Of a DNA stretch of 64,000 bases, positions 1 to 12,300 are shown piece by piece. Each line of letters starts with the position of its first letter. Position 1 is the first letter of the stretch. The stretch lies in NCBI GenBank assembly GCA_000934665.2, contig KZ537959.1, positions 1-64,000 of the forward strand, in the 5' to 3' direction. This DNA is from Catajapyx aquilonaris (taxonomy: Eukaryota). A program made the position numbers and the translations under genes. Under the pieces are notes generated by a model that saw only the letters and a list, made by a program, of their open reading frames with translations, was not told where the DNA came from and did no database searches.

Positions 1-359
1 GCCGTGACAGCGAGAGGAAGAAGTGTCAAACTCACGGGCCGGCCCGCGACGGGCTACCCGCAACAATGAATAGCGTAGCCTAGAGCGTGCTCTTAATGCT
101 CATTCACAGAGACACTTCTTTTCCTAACCAGCAAGTTGAGGAAGACAACTATGGGCTGTCTGCTGCAGTGGAAGTTGTGCTCACAATTCTGCTCTTGCTC
201 ATCTCTTTGGAATAGACAGCCTATACACAGCAATGATTGGGCTGTTGTTAGTCAACAACAATAGTAAGAGTGCATACTATATCAAAAGTTGCCCGATTAC
301 ATCATGACAGGATAGCATTTGAGAGTATAATTATGCTGGGATTTCACAGACTCCACCCA

Positions 360-645
360 AATAAACCTTCTTCACAATCTCCTCCTCCTTCATCCTCTCC
401 ACATGGCCACCTTAGAGGAGACCTACACACCTTATCTCATGGTAACATTACACCTCTGCAAAATCTCCTCATTCCTAATCCTATCGAACTTGGTAACCCC
501 ACGAACAGCCCGGAGATAACGCATCTCTGTAGCCAACACCCTACTCTTATGCCTATCTGACCAGACCCACGCTTCACTACCATGTGAAGGAACAATAACG
601 TGAGAATAGACAGACAACCTACAGGCAGAAGATAAGTCCTTATTT
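360..645 (-). mobile_element. Degenerate RTE-like non-LTR retrotransposon (LINE) 3' ORF fragment
   Basis: Minus-strand translation GSEAWVWSDRHKSRVLATEMRYLRAVRGVTKFDRIRNEEI followed by GHVERMKEEEIVKKVY. This matches the post-RT C-terminal motif (YGSEAW..EMRxLR..GVTRxDRIRN..WxGHVxRM) of RTE-clade LINEs. Interrupted by a stop. Confidence 0.75.
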
Positions 646-646
646 C

Positions 647-866
647 TCATGAAATTTTTTCGTGTGCTCTTCAATGTAGCTACCTGGACTCGAGCTACTT
701 AATTACGAAAAAATAGTGAACGATTATCGTGAAGAAATTTAAAAATGCACAATTTCAACACCGGACTTCGCGATTTATTTTCACTACTTTGCTTCGCATT
801 TTTTCGTAATTGAGTAACTCGAATCCAGGTAGCTACATTGAAGAGCACACGAAAAATATTTCATGA
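647..866. mobile_element. Hairpin MITE
   Basis: Long terminal inverted repeat tcatgaaattttttcgtgtgctcttcaatgtagctacctgga... / ...tccaggtagctacattgaagagcacacgaaaaatatttcatga; non-coding. Confidence 0.75.
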
Positions 867-1204
867 CGTTACTGGAATTAGAAAGCACACAATGACATGA
901 AATAAAATGCCGACTGATACCACTTCTTATGGCTGCTGCAGACTGGGTTGTACTCTGCACTCATAAGAGTGATATTGCTTTAGGCTTGTCTTCAGATATC
1001 AGTAGTGGTATCAAGTTAACATTGAATTATTATATTTATTTATATCTACAAAACTGTGTTTATTAAGAGAAGTGTACAAAATACAAACACAACATCATGG
1101 CCACACACAACACATACACAGACAAAACACAATCATGTAGGCTACTATGTACACAATTATCATCCTGAGAATAACTTAAAATGGGAGTTGGCATGGCAAT
1201 TAGT

Positions 1205-3483
1205 TCAGTACTCATTATCTTCTTCTGTCTCTTCCACCTCTTTCTCCCCTTCTTCCTCTTCATTGTTACTCCCAGCAGATGCATCATCTTTGAGGATGTC
1301 CGAGGTAATTGTGCTGGTGCCTTTGCACAAGGCACTGCCTGAAGATGACTTGCTGATCCTACAATAAATTGCATTGCATCAGGAAAGTAAAAGTAAAATC
1401 TTCTCCACAAAATGCAATTACATGGTGTCCGAAAAGGTAGGACAATAATACAGGGTGTTTCTAATATTAGGGTCGTTTTTAGTTATTGCTAATATTGCCC
1501 AAAGTAGTTGTTTTTGTGTAGCTTGTTGCACCCCAAACACTAGGTATATCCTGTATACAGTATATCAATGGTAATCTGGCATGTTCAGAAGCAGTGTTTC
1601 TCAAGCTTTTCTGATTGTAGCACACTTCTGGAGGTAAATATATCTTGCACCACTATCTGGTCCTTTTACCAGCTGAGAAAATTGTCATTATTATCCAGGT
1701 AAAATTTTAACAATTTTGGAGGCCAAGAAACTGGGCAATGGTTTCATGAACCATAAGTTTGAACAGGTAATGTGTTCAGGAAAATCTACATTGTGCATGC
1801 TAACCAATGATACCTGTTGTTGAGTTGGTCCAACTGCGCCTGCAAACATTGATTGTTCTCATGTAATTGCTGGTTGTCCCTCTGCAGCCTCCTGATGGCT
1901 GAAGTTGCTGAATCCAATTCATCCTCGGCACATGCAAGCTCCCGCTTCAGTTCCTCCACCCTGCCCCTGAGCCTCCTGACTTCAGCTTCGTATTGCTCAG
2001 ACCTTCTGAGTGAGTGGGCTAACTCACGACTCTTGTCCTGCAGGACTTTCTTCAACTTGCAGTGGGCTTGTCTCACCTCTTGTAGTTCACGTTTGCGTTC
2101 ATCTGACTCATTGGCCACCCCTGCAGGAATAGGCGGGGCGTCGTGGAGTCTCCCCCTCAGCTTTCGCACTTCCCTTTCCAGCCCAGCCTTCTCCGTCTCC
2201 AGCCTCTCCCTGCGACCCCATTCAGCAGCATTTTCTGCTTGCAAGTGTTCCAGTTCACCCCTCAAATCCTGCAGTCGCTTGTCAATTGTGGCCCTGGTTA
2301 CTGCCTCCTCCTGAAGCTCTGCCCTCAAAGACTCCACCTCTTCCTTATGGAGACGGATGCTTTCCTCTCTGGCCACTTGCAGGCGGCGGGTTTCCAGGCG
2401 GAGTCTGTCTAGTTCTGCCTCGGGATCCAGAGCTGTCCCGTTATCCCCTGGCCATGTCTCCTCCTCTTCCACACTCCCAGCCTCCTTCCCAGCCACTTTG
2501 CTCTTAGGCCATGCCCCTTCTCCAAGACCATTGTCTTCATCTGCAATTCCAGCTACTCCACCCTTTTTGGCTGCTTCTCTCAACTGCCTGATTTCCTCTC
2601 TGCATGCAGCCAGTTGTCCCCTGATAGCAGCAACCTGTCCCTGTTGCTGCCCCTGTGCCTGGGCCAACTCTCTTCTGGCTGCTTGAGCTTCTCTTATGGC
2701 AGACTCTGCCCTCTGTCTTGAAGCTTTTGCCTCTTCTCTTGCCTTGTTTCTCTCTGCCCTTACTTTGCTCCACTTCTCTCTCCAGTTGGCAGTACAGTCA
2801 GACCACCATCTCATTGTCTTCTCCATCTGGGAAGCACGGGCACGTGCTTCTTCCAGTTCTCGCCTCTGGGTTTCCTGCAGGACAAGTTCACAGGAATTAT
2901 AAGGTCAAGGCCACAAAATACACAGGCAAATGATTACTGCAGATCTCACTGGTGTCTAAAATCCATATATTCTAAGGAAATAGTGCTGATACAGGTAAAT
3001 ACAGACCACTCCTAGCAATACGTGCTAATGTTACTTTTGTTTCACTTCACCTCCCATACAGTTGCTTACTACTTAATGAGCAGAAATTGTTAAGTGATTT
3101 AAATATGCTAACACGTTTCATAAATGAAAAGAAGTGGTTTATACTCATGTTGCAGTTTAGTGTAAGATGTCATATGCAAACCATTACTGCCAGTAATAAT
3201 TTAGAGACAACCAATTTAATAAGTGCTCTCTGGGAAGTACAGTGAAACCTGTCCATAAAGGAAATTTTTACTGTCCCATGTGATTCCACTTGACACAGGT
3301 TTCACTGTATTATAATGCAGGTCAACTGGCAAAACCTAATGGCTGACTATTCATATGTTGTCAGTCTGAATCTGTGACATTTACCTCCCTGGAGTCCCAT
3401 TCTCCCTCGAACCTGGAGGAGGCCACTGAGGACGTGGTGCTCTCCTGGTCCACTGAGCGGAGGCCGCTGCGACACTGTGACAT
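1205..3483 (-). CDS. CCDC102A: Coiled-coil domain-containing protein 102A-like, ~437 aa, 3 coding exons
   Basis: Exons 3483-3385 (MSQCRSG...GEWDSRE|gt), 2874-1814 (ETQRRELEEARARASQMEKTMRWWSDCTANWREKWSKVRAERNKAREE, the CCDC102 signature; later QAENAAEWGRRERLETEK) and 1358-1205 (acidic tail, TGA). GT-AG introns, phases 0 and 2, frame consistent. Confidence 0.92.
3240..3307. mobile_element. Tiny pogo/Tc1-type MITE
   Basis: TIR cagtgaaacctgt / acaggtttcactg flanked by TA on both sides, in a CCDC102A intron. Confidence 0.7.
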
Positions 3484-3994
3484 CCTTCAGACTCGTGGCA
3501 ATTCTCAGTGTACTACCCCTGTGGAGGAAGACAAACATTGTCATTGCCTATATTATTACCGTCAGTCAAAAAATGTATGTGACACAAGGCCACTGTGTGC
3601 ATTGTGATTGTAGGCCTACTGTAATTTTTCGCTGATTGACCTGTGGGGCTTTATGAATTAAATGACATGCGGCATACCGACCATTGACATGACTGAGGTG
3701 ATGAGCAGTGATTTGTGAGCCACCCTGTGCACGGATCGTCGTCTGCTGGAGACAGTCGCACGCACTCTTTCCCAGGGTGTGTTGTTATTATTTTACGTGT
3801 GAGCTGCTACCGGGAGGGCCATGCTGTGCTCCGTGGATCTAGTAGAGGGCCACCAGACCATCGGCGGCCTTCCCGTCAGACCCAGAGGAGGACCCCCATT
3901 GACGGACGAGACTTCACTCGACTACCTCCCTCCGAAGTGGGAAACACGGATGGCCATATCGATTCCTCGTGTCCATCAAACAAACACCACCACC

Positions 3995-4180
3995 TATCGA
4001 TACCAGCAGGAATCGATGGCAGTGGGGCAGTCGAGACCAATTTGTGTCTCTCCCGCATGTTAGACCCTGGCCAAGAGAAAAGATCTGGGTGGGACCTGCA
4101 TGTGGGCTGGCTGTGGGTGGCTTCAAGACAAAGTGAAGATGAGAGGGTGCAGCCGGTGAGATAATGTAGGCATATCGATA
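3995..4180. promoter_or_regulatory. Two DRE-like (TATCGATA) motifs in a CpG-rich patch upstream of CCDC102A
   Basis: Exact TATCGATA at 3995-4002 and 4173-4180. DRE is an arthropod housekeeping-promoter element; function here is inferred only. Confidence 0.3.
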
Positions 4181-6331
4181 CAGTGTGTCCCTGAGAGAGC
4201 CGGAATCGAGCCAAGGGGAAGGAGGGCAGCGGGGGTAGGGGTGGTGGCGGAGGGACGATGAGGGAGCAACAAACTCGGCCGAAAGGGAATCGGATCGCAG
4301 TGCAGCACACTCACTGCCAGCTGCTCTTTGGTCCCCGACTGGCACTATCCGAAGCAGCATCACCATTCAGGACTTGCCATTTTGAGGAACATTAATTAAT
4401 AGTGGACCAGTGATGGTTGTAATGGCAAACATAAGATGGTTGTTGAAATTACCGCGGCAGTCGCCTACCTGCTATTTTGAAAGAGCAATAGCAGGATGGA
4501 ATCACTGCTTATATTGAGACACGGGCACGGGACACAGGGTTCCCATATTTTTGAAAGAGTGAGGAAATATTTAGCAATGTTTCCATGCAGCATCATAAAA
4601 GAAACCTGAAAACTATAGACATATTTGATAAGTAAAATGTAATACAAAGCGTGGAGTGCATGGGGGAAACAAGCTGTCTGCTCGGTCTTTATATTAGCTA
4701 CGCTGTGTGTGTAAATGAGCAAATCCAAGATGGAGACAGCACGTGTCTTTCTCAGTCGGTCCCCAGCCTGATGCCGGGGAAGGAGGACGGAAGTACGCCC
4801 CCATTGAGAGAGAGATTCCTCATCCCAGCCAACTGCCACTATCTGGAGCGTAGAGAGAGGCAGGGACCTTGATTGTAAGACATGGTGGTGGGGGGAAGAG
4901 GGTGATCTATTTTTACATGAATGCTAGACTGCTAGAGTGAGACTAGTTTCATGGGGCGCACCAACTAAACTGGCGACATTCCCTTGCTAGTCATTGGCAA
5001 GGGCGTACACTGTTAAGGAGATGCACATATGAATCTGAGCAGGAGGTGCACTATTTACAGTCTGCGCAACGTGATATCAGACAACATAATATTATGAGTG
5101 CATGTTGTTTGCCGGAGAATGTGGCAAAAATACATGATGAAATTAAGATGTGCCCAGCATTTTGTTCCAAGTCTGGTGATTGTTCAGGTATGGCGCCAAA
5201 GTACTGAAGGATTTGCATTGCACCAGAGAGAAGGCCACAGTGCAGTGCAATACTGATCTGCAGGGATGAAAGAATCATGACAGAAAACTGTCATTATCTT
5301 ATTTCCCAGCCACTTTCATGAGTTGCCCCGGGTCGGGTATTACGATAGCTGATAATGTGACATAAGGGTCGTTCAGTAAGTTTCGCGTAGTGATTATTTA
5401 TGAAAGTATTGTACATGTTGGGAAATTTTTACCACCAGCAGTTAGAGGATGTTATTCTGCATGGGTGAGCGTAATTTGGTCTCCCCCTGTGCACTTCGTG
5501 CATGCACAGGAGTAAGCGGAAGCGACTTTTAAGTTGAGGGTGCCTGCTCCATAAGCGCTTGAGTCAAAAGACGGGAATGAAAGATGAAGTGTGGGCAGTT
5601 ATTGGCGAGTTCCACATCATTGTCCAGACCACTGCAACCAGACAGTAACCCGTTGGTCGGCGGGAATCGTGGCATCCACACGTTTGACGTTCTACTTAGT
5701 CATGTGAGCGATGTCATCGCCAAGCGGTGCATCGCTGAGTAACCCGAGTAACCAGTATTGTTTGAGGCGAAAGTCAATTGTTACTTTGACCTCAAACAAT
5801 ATTATATTGGTTACTCAGGTTACTCAGCTATGGTATGGCAACATCTGGCAATGCACTGAATACAGTTGCGATATGGTAGTGTTTGAATTTCGTGGGCAGA
5901 CATGATGTCATGAATTGGGTCCAACTTTTGGAGGCCTATGAGTCCTAACCATGCATCGTAGGGCACTCAGACCTTCACTTCCATATCCGAGTTTTTTTCC
6001 GGTTTTTCACAAGGAATCTCGCTATGTGAAGCTTGTGTGCCATTTACCAACCGCCCTGTGTACATAGTGCTTTTTGTTCTCAAGTGATAGTGGACATAAA
6101 AGGTCTACTCTTCAGCACTGTTTTACCAGATCTATTTAGGAATCATCTAGTATCAAAAGTGTTAATGTCTCACAGAATTCAGAATGATTAAGTGCATTGT
6201 GTTGGTGTATGGGAAAGATTTCTTATTGCTGAATCCCAATATCAAATCCTCTGACACTGTTTTCTACCTTGCAGGTGAATAATAATCCACCTCATACACC
6301 TGATTGATAGTGAGGTTTTTTGGTTTGCTTC

Positions 6332-9300
6332 ATGATGGCTGCCAAAACGTCACTTTCTGCTCAGCTGAAGCAGTTGAGTGCCCCGCAAACATCCGTACTA
6401 CGCCAGGACAAGAAGAAACCTTCCATCTTGTTTAATCCGAGGGAAGCAGCCAATCTTGACACATACACCGTTTTCCAAATTGGTAACTACAAACTTCCTA
6501 GCTGTGTGCTTAGATGTAGTAATCATGTGCTCTTTCTTAAATTATCTCACATTAACTGCTCCAGAGAATAATATTCTACTGTGATATACAGGGTGAAGGG
6601 AAACTCGTGGACAATCACCAGGTAGACTGATAGTACTCGTGAAATTAATATAGGGACGTGCAAATAGTTTTGGGCGCCGTTGCATATTAATGTGTATGGC
6701 GCCATCAAAGTTTCAGACATCATATCCGTTCCGCTAGCTTGAAAGAAGCAAAAGCTAGCTCGAGGGCTTCCGAACAATCCGGCCTTGGTTCGTAACACAT
6801 CGTCCATGTGCAAATCCTGTCAGAGTAAGAATCTGCATACGACACCCATGCATTTTGTCGTTTTTACAGAATTATTTTACCATCTGGCCCTCTACACTTG
6901 CCAAACACTAATTGCACATCCCTATGTTAGTTTTGCAAGTACTATCAGTCTACCTGGTGATTGTCCGCGAGTTTACCTTCACCCTGTATATGTATTTACA
7001 AGCCGGCAATGTGTATCGCTACAGCATGCCGACGGCATCGACTGTGCAAAGATTGTTTATATTCGAATTTTGCTCCCTCATTGGTCAGATTATTTATGGC
7101 ACCATGGATACCCAGTGATATGCGGCAATGGACTCCGCCTTCGTCTATTTCACACAGACCTGACCCTTCTTAAACACAATTGCTGCTTTCAGCCCAAATC
7201 CCTGCTTCCGTTTAGTTTGCTTTGCTCAGCGATGACATTGCTCGTCAAATCACTAGCATGTAAACGCAGATTTAGTGAGTTTCTTCACAGTCCAGGTGAC
7301 ATTGACCAATGGGAGTTGGACCGAAGGTGAAAACATTCCATATATTGGAAATACGAATGTAGCATTGAGTTGATGCCTGTAACTAGGAATTAGCACACTT
7401 GACAAAGTAGGGTACTGGTAGCCTAGTTTTGATAATGACCAAAGAATGGATTTCTAGGTTTTTACCTACTTTTTTATTTTGTACGCAGAACCAGGGCAGA
7501 ACACTGGAAAATATCTTATCAGTTTCATAACAGAAGGACCTCAAAAATAGTAGTTTTATAGAACCTAAAATTGCTTATTTTGGGCGTTGTAGCCTAAATG
7601 GCTTATTAGCGCCTATTTTCACCTATTTCCACCTTTTTGACTCCGTTATGCAAGATTTTTTAGAGTTTTTGCGGGTTTTCTGAGCATCCCTCCTGCTTCA
7701 ACCTACTGTACGAACGGCAAAGAAGCTGTAGGCATGCCGGATGAACTGGCTGTAGAAAACATTTCACTTTTCAGGTATGATCTACAGTAAAACTTCTATA
7801 AGTCGAACTTCCCTTAGGCCCAGTTCTCTACAAGTCGAAGTAAATAATGAGCTTGGTTGGTCACAATGTAAAATAATAGGAAATAAACTTCCCTTTAGAA
7901 CTCGAATTTCTATAACTCTTTAGTTCTCCGTAACTCAAAGTGCTGGCAGGGCCTTACGATGGGATATCAATGCATTTTCAGTCTCCCTAAGTCGGAGTTC
8001 ATGTTGGCGAGTATGGAAAATTGTCTCATTTCCCAGCCGAAGTGTCGAGAGTAGGCCACATGTACAGAAAGGCTCAATTTCCTGATCTCAGTCTACCAGA
8101 CGTACCGAAAGAAGTGTCTGACTCGATTGTGAGAATTCAATCCTTAAATCTAAGTGTAGGCAAATGTCCATAACAGAATTTTTTTTACAACCAAACAACA
8201 ACGAACATTGTAAGTGTGATAGTGACAGTTATTTTTAAGTTTTGAACACCTTTCGTCGCTGGTACAGGCCGGCTTCCTTATAGAGTTCCGTGCTTTAAAA
8301 AAGCCTAACTCTCTAACTCGAATCTTCTATAACTCGAAGTTTTTTTTCAGGTGCCATGGAGATTCGACTAGTTTCACTGTAGTTGCTTCGTATGACATCG
8401 AAAGGTCATTTTCAGTGTATAAAGACGGATTGTCGGAGAGGCGTTGCCTACTAGCCAACGAAAATACATGAAAATATGGCACAACTGCTAGTTTGTTACT
8501 GTACTACAAAATTCCATAGCCAAAAGTAGGCTGTAATATTGTGTAGGAACAGGCCCTGGTCACTCGTATGTACCTTATACATTGCTACCCCCGTGAGCTT
8601 AGCTGATTTCCCCCACTGAGGGGGGTTGGCCATGGCGGCGCTAGAATCATGCACCATGGTAGCACCTTACCTAGCGGGGAAATTCTGAACCATTTGGGTC
8701 GACTCCAATTGGCTGGAGTAGTACAGGTGGAGGCCTTTAAGACTCCAGCCAATCGGAGTCGACCCAAATGGTTCAGAAATGGCCGCTAAGTAAGGCGCTA
8801 CCATCTTGGTGCATGACTCGAGCGCTGCCCTTGGCCAACCCCTCTCGATGAGAGAGACCAGCTAAGTGAAAAGGGGGAGAGTGCCTGGCGCCTGTGCAGG
8901 AATGAAAATAAATTAGGACCTGCTTGATTTTTACTGCCTATTTAAGAGCCTATTTTGACTGTTTTCAGGGCCTAAATGCCTACCTATTTGAGGGTTTTTT
9001 AGAACCTAAAAAATATCTTCTTTGATAATGACCTAATCACTTATTGAAGTAGTTCTACAGCATTTTACACCAAAGTTAATGCCATTCTAAATGTTCAGGG
9101 TTGTACTGTACTCTTTGACCAATTTGTCATGGAATTGCACTGCTGTTATGGTATGCCGCCCAAGTTGTGGGCTAACAGTCATGCTGGTGGTACGTAGTGT
9201 TTTTCTGAAAGCTATGCAAGGAATCATTATATTCTAGAAAACGTGCAAAATAATATCTCGAACATTTTCAGAAACGCTGCACCTACTTAACAGTAGACTT

Positions 9301-12300
9301 TGGTAGGTTGACAACAAATAATCATGAGCCATTCAAGTGAGAAGCAAAGGTGGAACTGAGTTTTATCCTGTATGTTTTCTGAGTAGTGAAAATCAGGTTT
9401 CTGAATTCACAATTTTTTAAACTTGGAAATGGTCCCAGGAGGAAATATATTATGAGGTGCCTGAATTTTACTTTTACTGTTTACTTCAAAGGTAGACACT
9501 GTCCAGTTTTTAGAGTCACATATTGTGCAGGAAAACTTTGATTTAATTAATTTTGTGTATAGGCAGTCATTTTAGCCCTTGTAATACCCTCCTTGCTCGA
9601 AGGGTTGCAACAGGCCCATTGTACATCCAGCAATTTTAGTGAATGAAATATAGTTGACTCTGGATATAACTGCCTCAGCTATAGCAGATTCTTGGTTATA
9701 GCATGCTTGAAAGGCTGGTCCCAGCATTTTTTTGTACATGGCCTGTGTATTTGGCTATAACGGGCCTTGTTATAAGATTTTGTGGTCCCTTGAAGTCTGT
9801 TATGTCTGGAGTTTATTGTACTACTGTTATGGCAAGATTTACCATTGCTGTAAAAGTTGAAATACAAATTTCTGTACCTTCCATTATCTTCTGGTGCAAT
9901 TTTGCTATTTTATTTTTGAGGAAATTGCAAATTCTCAATTTTACATGCTGATACAGTATTCACAATGCAGGATCTGCTGGGTTAAAAGTGAGTTTCACTT
10001 TTGTTTCTGATAATACTTCCTATGATTGTCGGGACCACGTGGGTGGGTTCGGCATTTATCCTCCTCATCTGACTTGAGTGCCGCCTGGTGGCGAGACTTT
10101 GCACAGTATAAAAAGGAAGCGGGCGTCTTGCCCTGGGAGACACTCTCTCTCTCCTGTATCTGTTCACTCCTGCAATACACTGATTTAACCTCATACCGGA
10201 CTCTTATTCCCACACCTCTGAGCTAGCTTGGTCTAGGGGCCACGTTTGGGGTTCCTCACATGATTTCCACTAAGAATTATTGTGAGGGGTGAAAAAATGA
10301 TCATGAAACACATCCTTTATATATAACAAGTATTTTTGTGGCATTTGGTTTTCTCACTGTGAGAAAAATTAATATTCTGATGCATAGTTTCAATGGCTAG
10401 TGTAACAACTGAATATATTTAAAAATTGGAAAAAAAAATCAAGATTATAGTTTGCATTTTTTATTTACAGGTTTAAGTGGGTTGGAGGAACTAATCCTAC
10501 TACGAAGGGAGTTCCACCACTATCGTCGAAGCCTCTTTTCTGAGGCCACATTGACATTGGAGAGGAGTGTCCAGACCAAAGATGCCAACAAGACCCTCTC
10601 CCAGGAAGTGGAGTCTTTTCTGGCTCTGTTGGCGCCCTTCCTACTGCTGCGCCCAGCCCAGAAAGCACTTGAATGGTTGGTTCACCGTCTTCAAGTCCAC
10701 CGATTTGAATATGATGCTCTTATGTTGGCAGCTCTGGCATATCACCATACCCGCTTTTTTGCCCGCATTGTTGCGCTGGTGGGCCAAGTTGGTGTTCCAA
10801 CCTCCAGATGGCATTGGCTGAAACCGATGCAACGATCAGGTTTGCCGCTTGCCAAAGAAACAATTGCATCACATGCTTCTACTTCTCCAGAGTTTCTGCT
10901 CCTGCTGTCAACACGTGCCGATACAAACATGTTTGTGACCACAGCACTAATGGTACTGGAGAACCGGCGATGTCTTGAAGAACACATGGCTACTCTGTTA
11001 CCATACATCAAACGTGGGATTTCTTCTGGTGACTTGGACTTGCGAGCTGGTGCCTACATGATAGCTGCAAAGGCAGCTACTGTTGCCAACCTGAGCATTT
11101 CCTTGCATCGCAACATCATCAAGTGGGTGCTGTTGCATTGCCAGACATCCGGCACCTGCGGAACCAATGAAGCATTACTATTGTTGACACTGATGCAACA
11201 GCAGGAAACAGAGGTGTTGCCCAAGACGGCATTACTAGTGGGAAAGGTGGCCCCATTGCTGGCTGATGCATTTGGTGACATTTCAGAGTGGTGCTGGGTC
11301 CTGCCATTACTAAAACCGTGGTTGCTAGCCTTGCTGGAGTGTGGTGAGAAGAAGGCAGCAATTACTTTGGTAGTTAAGATCCGGGTACCCAATGCTGATG
11401 CCTACAAACTGATTTGTTCTGTAATGAAGTCATATATAGATGGAAATAGCAGGACAAAATACTTGATAAATTCTTACCTTGCAACCATGTCCTGCCTAAC
11501 AAACAAGTATCCAGAAAGTGCAGACCGAGCCATACGTGATGTAGTGAGTGCATTGGATCCTGAGAAACTAGAAAGTGTTCGTTACATTCTGGGACTGAAT
11601 CCAGGCAGTGTTAGCGAGAATGCAGGACTGTATCATGCTGAACCAACAATTCGTGCTGAGGCAGTCCGGGGAATTATGGCATCTGGTGCCCCAAGAGTCA
11701 AGTTGGAGGCCATCAGAGCCAGAATCCATGATGAAGACCCACAAGTTGTTGCTGCTATATTGGAGTCAGACTGGAATCAACTAATTGGGGCCATATCAGA
11801 GGAGGCTCTAGTGCTTGAACTTACCCGTATTGCTGGACATGAAGGTGGCGGCAGCTGGATGCCTGTCCGCATCAGGGCTGTCACATTGCTTGGGAATGCA
11901 GCACCACAATACATGCCAGATATACTGTTAGCAACACTTTCATCACTTTTCCCATTAAAACATAATGGCAAGGAATTAGCGAATACAGTTTTGCAAAGTT
12001 TTGGGACTAGAAGTGCAATGTTGCAGTACCTGTGCAACAAGATTGGTGACACACATGCAATGACCCACAGTTCCATGGCTGTAGCTGTCTTTCGGAACTG
12101 TCCGAAAGCTGTATTGCTGTTGACATCAGAAGAAAGAGAGGAATTGATAAGTCGGATACGCAGTTTGAGCCGCCATGTGACATCTTCGCTTCTCCTTTTG
12201 AGTTGGCTCCTGGGAGATTCTCCTGAGTTAGCTCCATTGGTTGCAACAATGGTACAGGATGGGATCAACAATGGTGTTGTTCTGAGAAAGGGGGGTGCCT

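Larger units (their letters stand above)
7440..9024 (+). mobile_element. Non-autonomous hAT-like DNA transposon carrying two nested MITEs
   Basis: Imperfect TIR caaagaatggatttctagg / cctaaaaaatatcttctttg, perfect 8-bp TSD ATAATGAC, subterminal cctattt repeats, and a relic transposase C-terminal motif FRYDL-VASYDIERSFSVYK split by the MITE at 7785-8379. A second family copy lies at 54735-55271. Confidence 0.8.

Noticed and set aside
1853..2933. Several + strand ORFs (e.g. 1853-2314, 2357-2686)
   Set aside because: Antisense shadows of the CCDC102A coiled-coil exon.
6785..7330. 181-aa + ORF in the HEATR1 intron
   Set aside because: Runs across a MITE terminus; no protein-like features.
10452..10470. 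ORF-track TTG start for HEATR1
   Set aside because: This is the polypyrimidine tract/acceptor; the true N-terminus is in the exon at 6332-6482.
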